Positions 1-9,600 of a DNA stretch of 64,000 bases are shown here, piece after piece; the first letter of the stretch is position 1, and every line of letters begins with the position of its first letter. The stretch is from Promethearchaeota archaeon. Its GTDB lineage: Archaea > Asgardarchaeota > Lokiarchaeia > Sigyniarchaeales > SOKP01. The position numbers were made by a program, and so were the translations under genes. The stretch is taken from assembly GCA_016926735.1 (NCBI GenBank), contig JAFGOA010000215.1:1-64000 (forward strand). Reading direction: 5' to 3'. The notes under the pieces are model-generated. The model had not been told where the DNA came from, searched no databases, and saw only the letters and a list, made by a program, of their open reading frames with translations.

Positions 1-74
1 TTAATTTCTATACAATTATTATAAAATTTTAATACAATTTTTAAGTTAATTACAAATTAAGGTTATAAAATCAT

Positions 75-689
75 ATGCCAAGTCGTCGTGGTGATGGAAC
101 TCTTGTATTTAAGATATGTTTTTATGGTCCTTCTTTAGGGGGTAAAACTACCGCACTTGAGTGGGTTTATCATAAAGAAGGATTAGCTAGTGGAGATATG
201 CAACAAATTCAAGACCCGACTGGTAGAACACTTTTCTTCGATAGAGTTGTCGCACGAGTCTCTAATGTAGTTTTCCAAGTCTATACTGTAGCAGGGCAGC
301 GAAGACATAAATTCCAACGTCAGACAGTTCTAAAGGGAACTGATGCAGTTATATTCACTTGGGACAGTCTTATTGACCAATGGGAAGAAAATATTTGGTC
401 TCTTAAAGAATTACTCAGATTTTATGGAAATAAGTTAATTCCTCCAGCACCAGGAGAACCACCTGAGGTTCCAATGGTAGTTTTAGGAAATAAAAGAGAT
501 TTAGAAGGGATAATAGATATTTCGAAGATTAGGCAAGTTTTAGATACAGCAAAGCTTACAGATACTCTAATTTATGAAACAATAGCTATTACTGGTGTTA
601 ATGTTAAAAGAGGTTTTGTATATGCTGCTCGTCAAGCAGTTTTGAACCATTATAAAAAATTATCTGGTAAAGCTATAGAAAAAACGTAA
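75..689 (+). CDS. mglA: MglA-family small GTPase
   Basis: G1 GPSLGGKTT, MglA signature RTLFFD, switch II TVAGQ (MglA TVPGQ), G4 NKRD. Confidence 0.85.
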   Translation: MPSRRGDGTLVFKICFYGPSLGGKTTALEWVYHKEGLASGDMQQIQDPTGRTLFFDRVVARVSNVVFQVYTVAGQRRHKFQRQTVLKGTDAVIFTWDSLIDQWEENIWSLKELLRFYGNKLIPPAPGEPPEVPMVVLGNKRDLEGIIDISKIRQVLDTAKLTDTLIYETIAITGVNVKRGFVYAARQAVLNHYKKLSGKAIEKT

Positions 690-796
690 TTATTTTTATT
701 CTCTTTTTTAAAATTGTTTTAGTTGAAATTTGGTTATAAAAACAGAATATAATTGTTATGATCTTATCCTATATTCGTTAGTAAAAAAGAAAGAAA

Positions 797-1345
797 TTAT
801 AAAACTTTTGAAGATATCATTATCGAAAAGGGTATTAATCCATATAAAAATGTTCCAATTGTTATTACGGTTAATGAGACACCTCTTGTAGTTTCAGGAA
901 GAGTTAAGCTAAGAGGGATAGATAATCTACCAACTTCACAAAATAGGGCAATCCGAATACCGGTGAAAACATTTCTTTCTAACATAACACTATTTTCTCC
1001 ATCACTTAATATAATATAACAATTTATCGATAATAATTTTAAATTAATATTATGTCCACTTACATCCCAATATAATTGTACATAGTGTAAACGATATATT
1101 TTAGGAGCTATAGGATAGGGCCCTTCATTAATTTCTACGGAAAAATCAATATAGCTAGGAATTCCAATACCATTATCTGAGGTTCCATGAGATAAAATAG
1201 CTCCAGTTATCCATAATTGATTGGCTATAGCATATGGGATGTTTCTTTTTTCTCTCCAAGTATAGGCTGTACTAGGTGATAGAAAAGCTATTAAAAATAG
1301 AAAATAGATAATTCCTAAAGTTAAAGTAATTTTTTTTTTCATCAT
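797..1345 (-). CDS. Hypothetical exported/membrane-anchored protein
   Basis: Basic N-terminus + hydrophobic signal ending STA-Y, hydrophobic C-terminus; TATA-like box ~53 nt upstream. Confidence 0.6.
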   Translation of the reverse strand: MMKKKITLTLGIIYFLFLIAFLSPSTAYTWREKRNIPYAIANQLWITGAILSHGTSDNGIGIPSYIDFSVEINEGPYPIAPKIYRLHYVQLYWDVSGHNINLKLLSINCYIILSDGENSVMLERNVFTGIRIALFCEVGRLSIPLSLTLPETTRGVSLTVITIGTFLYGLIPFSIMISSKVL

Positions 1346-1397
1346 ATTTATCTTACTTCAATTGAATTGTTTTAATTTTAATATATGATAATTTCTA

Positions 1398-1424
1398 ATA
1401 TAAATGTGATCAGGACTGAATTTT
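1398..1424 (-). promoter_or_regulatory. GTCC-box + TATA promoter of 797..1345
   Basis: Sense strand TTCAGTCC-TGATCACA-TTTATAT. Confidence 0.45.
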
Positions 1425-1699
1425 GACAAATTTAATAAAAATAAAGTAAATTAATCTAGTTTTGAGAATTAAAATAATATTGTTTCACTTCATGAAGATG
1501 TTATGAATATAGATCATGAACCCAAATTTGTCATTTTCTCCTTCATGACATTCTCATTACATTTTTATATAATGTCAGCTATTATTTAATCAGACATAAT
1601 CAAGGTTGTGTTAATAATTGGCATCAGATCATAAAATATATCAATTAAATAAAAAGAAATAAAATAAGAAATAGAAGATTATTAAAAAATTAATTTCTT

Positions 1700-1891
1700 T
1701 TAGTATCTTTCAGTGTTGAAAAATTCCCAAAAAAAAACAACAAGCCCAGGAATAATAGCACATATAATGCCTAAAACTAAAAGAAACGGAATTTCATATA
1801 TATATCCTAAAATTGCAATTATTACACTCACAATTAATATTAATGCAGCATAATAATACTCTTTTGTATAAGTAATAGTTCTTGGAATTAT
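1700..1891 (-). CDS. Small two-TM membrane protein, not in the ORF track (probable ATA/ATT start, or pseudogene)
   Basis: Reads IIPRTITYTKEYYYAALILIVSVIIAILGYIYEIPFLLVLGIICAIIPGLVVFFWEFFNTERY*; the in-frame ATG at 1903 is followed by TGA at codon 3. Confidence 0.45.
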   Translation of the reverse strand: MIPRTITYTKEYYYAALILIVSVIIAILGYIYEIPFLLVLGIICAIIPGLVVFFWEFFNTERY

Positions 1892-1965
1892 CTTTCATTT
1901 CATTTAAATTTGAGTTTTTTATATAAAGATTTTTCTTTATATAAATTATATAAGTTTGAAATAAT

Positions 1966-1990
1966 ATTTAAATTTGAATTAGGACCGAAA
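1966..1990 (-). promoter_or_regulatory. GTCC-box + TATA promoter of the small membrane ORF
   Basis: Sense strand TTTCGGTCC-TAATTCAAA-TTTAAAT. Confidence 0.4.
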
Positions 1991-2027
1991 TTATATAAAT
2001 TTAGTTTTTTCTTATTTTATGAGAATT

Positions 2028-2048
2028 TCATGAATAACGATCGTGAAA
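2028..2048 (+). repeat. Dispersed 21-bp intergenic motif (copies at 63259-63279 and, degenerate, 1501-1520)
   Basis: TCATGAATAACGATCGTGAAA vs TCATGAATCAAGATCGTGAAA, 19/21 identical. Confidence 0.55.
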
Positions 2049-2222
2049 CAACTCCCACTTCAGAATATTATACTTTTTGATTTACGAATATATTATATTT
2101 TTTATAATTAATTGTTCAAATTTAGACCACAAATATTTTTATAAAACTCAGATTTCCTTCTTTATAGTTCTGAAATATACAAAAAATAATGTTAAAAAAA
2201 AGTATAACAATAATATATTAGA

Positions 2223-2834
2223 GTGAAACTAAAAGTGATAGATTATCCAAAACCAGAAATATATATACCTATAGATAGTTCAAATCTGAAATCAATAATA
2301 CCTACCGATGATGAAATTATATACAGTGCACTATGTAGAGCAGATTATCGATATGTAAAAGGAGGTACTGAATTTTCGGTAAGTTGGCAGACACATATTC
2401 TTCTTACCACTGGTGGACTAGCATATACTGAAATGAATTATGATAAATCTAAAGAAGATCGATATATTCCATGGCATAAATTATATGTCAATAATACAGG
2501 TTTAAATGTAAATAGAGCCAGTTGGATGATACGTAATAGTAGAGATGATCATACTACTATGCTTATGATAACAGCAAATCCAGATAATCCTGAGACTATT
2601 GAAGAACTTGCAACAAGATTAAATAAATTTCATACTACTTATAGACCATTCCTAATTGAATTAAAAAAAGAGTGGATTAAAGTAAATAAAGATAATCCAG
2701 ATATCAAGAAAAAAGAAAAGAAACGTGTTGAAAAAACACTCGAACTTATGGAAAAGGAACTAAAAAAAGATTTACATAAAGACCAAAAAAGAAAGGAAAA
2801 CCAGCAGAAAAAAGCTCAAAAATCTAAAAAATAA
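2223..2834 (+). CDS. Hypothetical protein, possible PH-like fold with charged C-terminal helix; paralog of 62514..63083
   Basis: IPIDSSNLKSIIPTDDEIIYS matches IVPLDYSNLQSVIPKEDEIIYS; true start may be GTG at 2235. Confidence 0.65.
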   Translation: MKLKVIDYPKPEIYIPIDSSNLKSIIPTDDEIIYSALCRADYRYVKGGTEFSVSWQTHILLTTGGLAYTEMNYDKSKEDRYIPWHKLYVNNTGLNVNRASWMIRNSRDDHTTMLMITANPDNPETIEELATRLNKFHTTYRPFLIELKKEWIKVNKDNPDIKKKEKKRVEKTLELMEKELKKDLHKDQKRKENQQKKAQKSKK

Positions 2835-3004
2835 ATAAAATTTATTTACAATCTTTTTTTAAATTAACATTGCTCATTTATTGGATATCTGCTATTTATT
2901 GAATAAAATAAACATAATATGCCTTAGATATCTAAGAAATGAATTTAAAAAATCATAGAATTAAGGATTTAAGGAATATAAAGACGTTGAGATTATTTGT
3001 AAAA

Positions 3005-3028
3005 TTTTGGTCCATATTGTATTTTTAT
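3005..3028 (+). promoter_or_regulatory. GTCC-box + TATA-like promoter of the LVIVD protein
   Basis: TTTTGGTCC-ATATTGTA-TTTTTAT, ending ~52 nt before ATG 3080. Confidence 0.45.
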
Positions 3029-3079
3029 GTATTCCTTTATTTTATCCAAATAACATATACTAAATTCATTGATATTGCT

Positions 3080-5974
3080 ATGAAAAGGAGTAATATTATA
3101 GGTGTTAAAAAAAGGTTTTTATTATGTGTATTAATTATCAATTTTTCAATTGGTATTTTTACATTTAATACGATACTAAATGATAATCCATCTTATGTTG
3201 AGGATAATAGTGTTGCATCATATTCAAAAATCTTCTATGAGGATACAGAAGGTAATGCGACCGATATATTCGTTGATGGCGATCTTGCTTATTTAGCTGA
3301 TGGAATATCTGGTCTTGCTATAATCAATATTTCTGATCCTTTAGAACCTCAAATTATAGGTTATGAAGATACAGATGGTTATGCTAATGGAGTTTTCATA
3401 TATGGAAATATAGCATATATAGCAGATGGACATTCTGGTCTGGCAATAATTAATATAACTAATCCTTTAGAACCTCAAATTATCGATTATGAAGATACAA
3501 ATGGTTATGCCAATGGAGTTTTTATAGATGGTAATTTTGCTTTCATAGCAGATGGTTCATCTGGTCTGGCAATAATCAATATAACTAATCCTTTAGAGCC
3601 TCAAATTATAAATTATGAAGATACAGATGGTTATGCAAACGGTGTTTTCATAGATGGTAATTATGCCTATATAGCAGATGGCCCATCTGGTCTTGCTATA
3701 ATCGATATAACAAATCCTATAGAACCACAAATAATTAGTTATAAAGATACAGATGGATATGCGAATAATGTCTTTATTGATGGGGATTTTGCTTATATAG
3801 CTGATGGGGTATCAGGAATTACAGCGATAAATATAACATATCCTGCTATACCCGCCTATATTTCTTCAATGTTACTTAATAGTAGTGCTGTAGATATAAG
3901 TATTGATGGGGATTATGCATATCTTTCATGTAATACTACAGGATTGGCGATAATTAATATAACAGATCCATTTATTTTTGGAGTTCCATCTTATGAATAT
4001 ATTGATACTCATATTGTTCAAGGTTTATGTATTGATGGTAATTATGCTTTTATTGCGGGTGCGGATTCAGGTATCATTATCACTGAGATTTCAAGAATAA
4101 TATCCCCTATTGATATATATTCAGAAACGGTGCTAAGTAACTTAGAGCATGTTCGTGTAAAAGGTAATTTTGCTTATGTAACTAGGATGGATGGTTCATT
4201 GTTTACATTTGATATAACCAATCCAACCGCACCTATAAATCTTGGTTATACTCTTTTATCTGGATCTTTATCAAGACTTGATATCGAAGGTGATTATCTA
4301 TACGTTGCTGCTGGAGGAGGAACGAACCCTTTATATGGAGGATTATGTATTGTAGATATATCAAATCCTAAAAGTCCTGTATTAAGGGCAAGGATAAAGG
4401 GAAATAATTCTGCTATAGCAATTTCTGTTGATGGTGATCTTGCTTATGTTGGAGATGGAAATGCTGGGCTACTTATCGTGAATATAAGTAATCCTATGAA
4501 TCCAAATATACTAAGTCATATGGATACTAATGGTATTGCCTATGATGTTATTTCTTATGATAATTATGTCTATATTGCTGATGGCGGAGGTGGTTTAGCC
4601 GTTATCGATGTTAGTAGGCCAGATGCTCCAATTAACATTACTCAATTAGATTGGGGGCGCTTTGCATTAAGTCTTTCTATCAGTGGTCATTATCTATATA
4701 TAGGTTGCGGTTCATACCTGGCGGTCTTTGATATTTCAATCCCATATGATCCTATTTTATTAAAATCAATATATACAGGATCTAGTAATTATGATATAAA
4801 AATAAGTGGAAATTATATATATATATCTGGTAGGGACGATGGAATACTTATAATAAATATAAAAGATCCGAGAAATCCTATAATTGAAAGTCAAAAAGCA
4901 ATTGATAGTGATCCTATGGGTATTGATATTAATGGAAATTATGCATATTTAACTGGATTTAGTACTGGATTATTTGAAGTTATTCAAATAAAAGAGAGGA
5001 CTGATAGAGAGGTTCCAGTATTATTAGAAATTGCCAGCGATTTAGTCGTAGATTTTGGATACACAGAAGGAGAATTTACATGGATCGCGGATGATTCACA
5101 TCCATATAATTATACAATTATCCTTGAAAATATAGGTCTAATAGAGGGACCATTGGTATGGCAAAGTCATACTCCTATAATTTTTTATATTGAAGAAGGA
5201 TATTCAATTGGAGATTATTTTTTTATTATCAATATAACAGATGAATATAATCATTTTATAACAGATAGGGTAAAGTTGACGGTAAGAGATCCTGATAATC
5301 CTATTATCCAAGACTCTCCTGATGATCTAATAATTTGTTATGATTATCAAAATCTCGATTTAATTTGGAATGTGTCAGATTTATATCCTGATTTATATTA
5401 TATTTATCATGATGATTTAGGATTAATGGAAGGACCAAAATCTTGGGATAGTGAATTTCCTATTTCTTACTTAGTACCCGAAGGATTAAACATTGGAGAA
5501 CACATTTTTTATATTAATTTGACTGATGAATATGATAATTCGATAGTTGATAACGTTTCGATTATGATAGAGGATTGGATTGATCCAATCTTTATTGATA
5601 AACCTTCTGATTTAACAATAAATTTAGGGTATACAGGTGTGTCTCTCTCATGGAAACTAATCGATATGACTCCTGATCTCTATACTCTTGAACTTTTAGG
5701 AACGGGTACTTTGATCTATCCATCTAATTGGAATAATAATACTAAAATTACATATTTTATTCAAGATGGGTTACCTCTTGGAAATTATACCTTTGTAGTA
5801 CATTTTGAAGATAAATTTGGGAATATTGCCTCAGATGAGGTTAACATCATTGTAAAAAGCAGACCTATTGAGAGAGGAATATCTTTTGGGTTCTATTTCA
5901 TCGGATTTTTACTTATTGGACTGATATCAATTGTAATCGTTCAAAAAAGAAGAATGATGATAAATTCTCAATAA
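3080..5974 (+). CDS. Cell-surface LVIVD-repeat beta-propeller protein with three Ig-like domains and C-terminal TM anchor
   Basis: About 14 repeats of V.G.YAY.ADG.SGL.II.I..P; signal peptide follows MKRS (ATG 3080, preferred over 2939); three ~95-aa repeats; tail ISFGFYF...QKRR. Confidence 0.85.
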   Translation: MKRSNIIGVKKRFLLCVLIINFSIGIFTFNTILNDNPSYVEDNSVASYSKIFYEDTEGNATDIFVDGDLAYLADGISGLAIINISDPLEPQIIGYEDTDGYANGVFIYGNIAYIADGHSGLAIINITNPLEPQIIDYEDTNGYANGVFIDGNFAFIADGSSGLAIINITNPLEPQIINYEDTDGYANGVFIDGNYAYIADGPSGLAIIDITNPIEPQIISYKDTDGYANNVFIDGDFAYIADGVSGITAINITYPAIPAYISSMLLNSSAVDISIDGDYAYLSCNTTGLAIINITDPFIFGVPSYEYIDTHIVQGLCIDGNYAFIAGADSGIIITEISRIISPIDIYSETVLSNLEHVRVKGNFAYVTRMDGSLFTFDITNPTAPINLGYTLLSGSLSRLDIEGDYLYVAAGGGTNPLYGGLCIVDISNPKSPVLRARIKGNNSAIAISVDGDLAYVGDGNAGLLIVNISNPMNPNILSHMDTNGIAYDVISYDNYVYIADGGGGLAVIDVSRPDAPINITQLDWGRFALSLSISGHYLYIGCGSYLAVFDISIPYDPILLKSIYTGSSNYDIKISGNYIYISGRDDGILIINIKDPRNPIIESQKAIDSDPMGIDINGNYAYLTGFSTGLFEVIQIKERTDREVPVLLEIASDLVVDFGYTEGEFTWIADDSHPYNYTIILENIGLIEGPLVWQSHTPIIFYIEEGYSIGDYFFIINITDEYNHFITDRVKLTVRDPDNPIIQDSPDDLIICYDYQNLDLIWNVSDLYPDLYYIYHDDLGLMEGPKSWDSEFPISYLVPEGLNIGEHIFYINLTDEYDNSIVDNVSIMIEDWIDPIFIDKPSDLTINLGYTGVSLSWKLIDMTPDLYTLELLGTGTLIYPSNWNNNTKITYFIQDGLPLGNYTFVVHFEDKFGNIASDEVNIIVKSRPIERGISFGFYFIGFLLIGLISIVIVQKRRMMINSQ
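3236..3830 (+). repeat. Coding tandem repeat, 126-bp period, ~5 copies
   Basis: Units start at 3236, 3362, 3488, 3614, 3740 (tatga(a/g)gatac...) and are highly similar at DNA level. Confidence 0.85.
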
Positions 5975-5983
5975 TTTTTTTTT
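5975..5983 (+). terminator. Oligo-T archaeal terminator
   Basis: T9 tract immediately after the stop codon, between convergent genes. Confidence 0.5.
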
Positions 5984-6002
5984 AATTTTATAAAAATTAT
6001 AA

Positions 6003-6530
6003 TTATATATATATAATTTGAAAGTTAATTTTATCTCTAGTTAATGTTAGAAAGGCATATGAATTTAAATTTGTAAATCTTTTATCTGTTGGTGTACCTG
6101 GATTGAAATAATATTTTCCTTCTCTTTTTTCATTAATAGGCTTATGAGTATGACCAAAGATTATAATATCATAGTTTTTTAAATCAAATTTCTTATTTAA
6201 TCGTTCTATTATACCGTGTGGTCCACCTTCTCCATGAGTTAAAAATATTTTATATCCTAATATCTCGATTACCCTTTTTTTAGGTAGAATTTTAGAGATA
6301 CTTAGATCATCCATATTTCCAGCAACACTAATAATTTTATCTTTTCCAAAAGTATTGACTAAATAATTATATGTTTCTATTGTTGTGTGATCGCCCAAAT
6401 GAAAAATAAAATTCACTTTTTTTTTCTTAAAATCATCAATAATTGAATCTGGTATATTTTGACATCTAGAAGGAATATGTGTGTCTGAAATAAGGCCAAT
6501 TACTACTTGTTCTTTATCTGAATTAATCAT
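6003..6530 (-). CDS. YfcE/MJ0936/Vps29-family metallophosphoesterase
   Basis: SDTH, HLGD, GNMD, THG, GHTH, NPG motifs. Confidence 0.9.
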   Translation of the reverse strand: MINSDKEQVVIGLISDTHIPSRCQNIPDSIIDDFKKKKVNFIFHLGDHTTIETYNYLVNTFGKDKIISVAGNMDDLSISKILPKKRVIEILGYKIFLTHGEGGPHGIIERLNKKFDLKNYDIIIFGHTHKPINEKREGKYYFNPGTPTDKRFTNLNSYAFLTLTRDKINFQIIYI

Positions 6531-6620
6531 TAAAATTCAATTTGTAAGAATCATTATTATTATTAATATAAAATAATGAAAAATAAAAGAATAAATAAAT
6601 TAAAACTAAATAAAAGCAAT

Positions 6621-9600
6621 TTATTCTTCAAGTTCTTTTGCGCATTTACCAATAGCACAAACAAAATCATCTTCATATAGATTAATAACTCTGACTCCTT
6701 TTGCTTTTCTATGGGTTAGCCGTATTGAATCAACAGGAACTCTAATTAATTGTCCTTGTTCGGTTCCTATTAAGAGATCCTCATCTTTAACTGTCATCTT
6801 TATAGCTATAACTTGATCATTATTTTCTCGATCAAGTTTAATATTATGAACTCCTTTTGCGCCTCTTCCAGTTTTTCTATATTCTTTAATGTAGGCTCTT
6901 TGACCATATCCATTTTGAGTAAGAGTTAACACAATTTCATCATTAGTAACAAGAAGACAATCAATTACCTCATCATTTTCCCTTAAATCAACCCCTTTTA
7001 CACCCATAGAAGTACGTCCTAACTCTCTGAGCTCTGATTCATCAAATCTTATTGCATATCCTTGTTTTGTAGCAATAAAAATATCCTGTAATTCATTAGT
7101 AATTTTCTTCACACTGATTAACTTATCATCTACTCTAATCTTTTGTGCTCTAATACCTGTTTTTTGGATTTTAGAGAATTTGCTTAATGATATTTTTTTA
7201 ACAATTCCCTTTTTAGTAACCATAATTAGCATTTCATTTGTATCAAAATTATTAATAGGAATCATTTCTGAAATTTCTTCACCTTTTTGAAGTTTGATGA
7301 TATTAACAATTGGTTTTCCTTTAGCAGTTCTTTTTTGAAGTGGTATTTGAAAGGCTTTTTTGGAATATATCCTCCCTTTTGAGGTGAAAAATAATATTGT
7401 ATCATGTGTGGAACATACAAAAAGATCTTTAATAAAATCTTCTTCTCGAACGGTCATTCCCTTTTTACCACGACCGCCTCGTTTTTGAGAACGATATTCT
7501 TCTAAAGAAACTCGTTTAATGTATTGATCATTTGAAAAGATAATTATGTTTGGTTCCTTTTTAATTAAATCTACTCTTTCGATTTCTCTAACAGCTGGTT
7601 CATCTTGGGCTATGATCTCTGTTTTTCTTTTATCTCCATAGATTTTTATTAATTCATTTAATTCATTTTTAATGATTTCTAATCTTAATTCTTTTTTCGC
7701 TAGAATTTGTTTATATTTTTTAATATCTTGTTTGAGTATTTTAGCCTCTTCCTTTAGCTTTTCTGTTTCTAAATTAGTTAAACGAGAAAGAGTCATGTTT
7801 AAAATGGCTTTAACCTGAATATCTGTAAATTCAAATCTTTCTTGTAGTCTAGTTTTAGCTTCTTCGGTATCTTTAGAAGATTTTATTATTTGAACTACTT
7901 CATCTATATTATCAAGAGCGATCAGTAATCCTTCGACTTTATGAAGTCTATCTTGAGCTTTTTTAAGGTCAAATTCAGTTCGTCTGTAAATTATTTGTAA
8001 TCTATGTTCAATATACTCTTGAATTAATTCTTTTAAGTTTAATATTTTTGGTTGTTTACCCTCATTAACTAACACAAGATTTACTATACTAAAGCTAGAA
8101 AGAAGTCTTGTTCTTTTAAATAATACATTTTTGATAATTTCTGGTTGTGCATCTTTTTTTAATTCTAATACAATTCTCATTCCTTTTCGATCTGATTCAT
8201 CTCTCAAATCTTTTATATCTTTTAGAATTCCATCTCTTATTAGTTTGGCAATTGATTCGATTAAGACGGCCTTATTTTGTAAATAGGGAATTTCAGATAT
8301 TATTAAATTATTAATTTTACCTTTTTGTTCCTCTTCGATTTTAGCCATTAAGGTAACATTCCCTTGTCCAGTTGCATATGCATTGTAGATTCCTGAAGGA
8401 TTTGTAATAATACCTCCTGTAGGAAAATCAGGACCCTTAATGATTTCTATTAATTCTTCTAATGATATATCCGGATTGTCTATTGTAGAAATTATACCAA
8501 GAGATATCTCCATAATATTATGAGGAGGCATAGATGTAGCCATCCCTACAGCAATTCCTTTTGTACCATTTATTAATATATTTGGTAGTTTAGCAGGTAA
8601 AGATGTAGGTTCTGTTGTGCTATCATCAAAATTTGGTTGAAAATCTACTGTTTCTTTTTGAATGTCTTCGATTAGTTCATTTGCTATTTTTGATAATCGA
8701 GCCTCCGTATACCTATATGCTGCTGGAGGATCCCCATCTACAGAACCAAAATTACCTTGTGGATCTATTAATGGATATCTTAAAGAAAAATCTTGACCCA
8801 TTCGAACAAGTGAATTATAAACCGCCATATCACCGTGAGGATGATAATTCCCAAGACAATTATGAACTATCATACCATTAGCTATAAATTGGTGATCATC
8901 TCTTACTTGAATATCGTAGGTTTTTTTGGCTTTATATTTATTTATTGACTTTATTTTTATAAAAAAGAAATCTTGTTCTATTATTTCATTTATAATTGGT
9001 AAATATTTTGAACCAATTAATTCCATTTTATTTTTGATATTTAATTTTTCAATTGTAGATTTGTATATCTTAATTTTATTCTTTAGATCCTTTTGATATC
9101 TAATTTTAGTACCATCTGGATATTTTATTCCAATTCTGATTTTTTTCCCAGATTTATCAGTATACCATCCTCCCCCTAAATGTTTCTCAGAAAATTCAGT
9201 AAAGATATATTTTCCTATAAAGGGAATTATATCGTATTTGGAAGGATTATATTTTAGTTTCTTGGATAATCTTTTAATTTTATCTGGATTATAAATATGA
9301 ATTTCTCTTTTTATTTTTGCATAATCGTTACCAGTTATCTCCAAAGAATATAAATCATAGTTTGGTTTGATTTTTCTACCTTTATAATGGTGAGTTTTCT
9401 TTTTATTTAAATAAATTGTTGAATTTATTCCTAAGCTAAATAAAATGATTTGAAAATCTCTTAAGAATTTTTCAGATATTGAGGAGATATTTATAACGTT
9501 CCGATTCTTATGAACATGACCATCACCTTCTAAATAACCACTAAAGAATGAATAAATGATTTTTTTTGAGGTATTTTTAAGAAAATTAGGTATTTTTATA

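Noticed and set aside
1895-1903. ATG-AAA-TGA before the small membrane ORF read as selenocysteine
   Set aside because: No redox or metal motif and no SECIS-like hairpin recognised; an ATA/ATT start or a nonsense mutation is simpler
2939-3079. ORF-track N-terminal extension of the LVIVD protein
   Set aside because: The region contains the promoter motif; the signal peptide begins at ATG 3080
3236-3830. Regular repeats as a CRISPR array
   Set aside because: In-frame 126-bp coding repeats with no unique spacers; no cas genes
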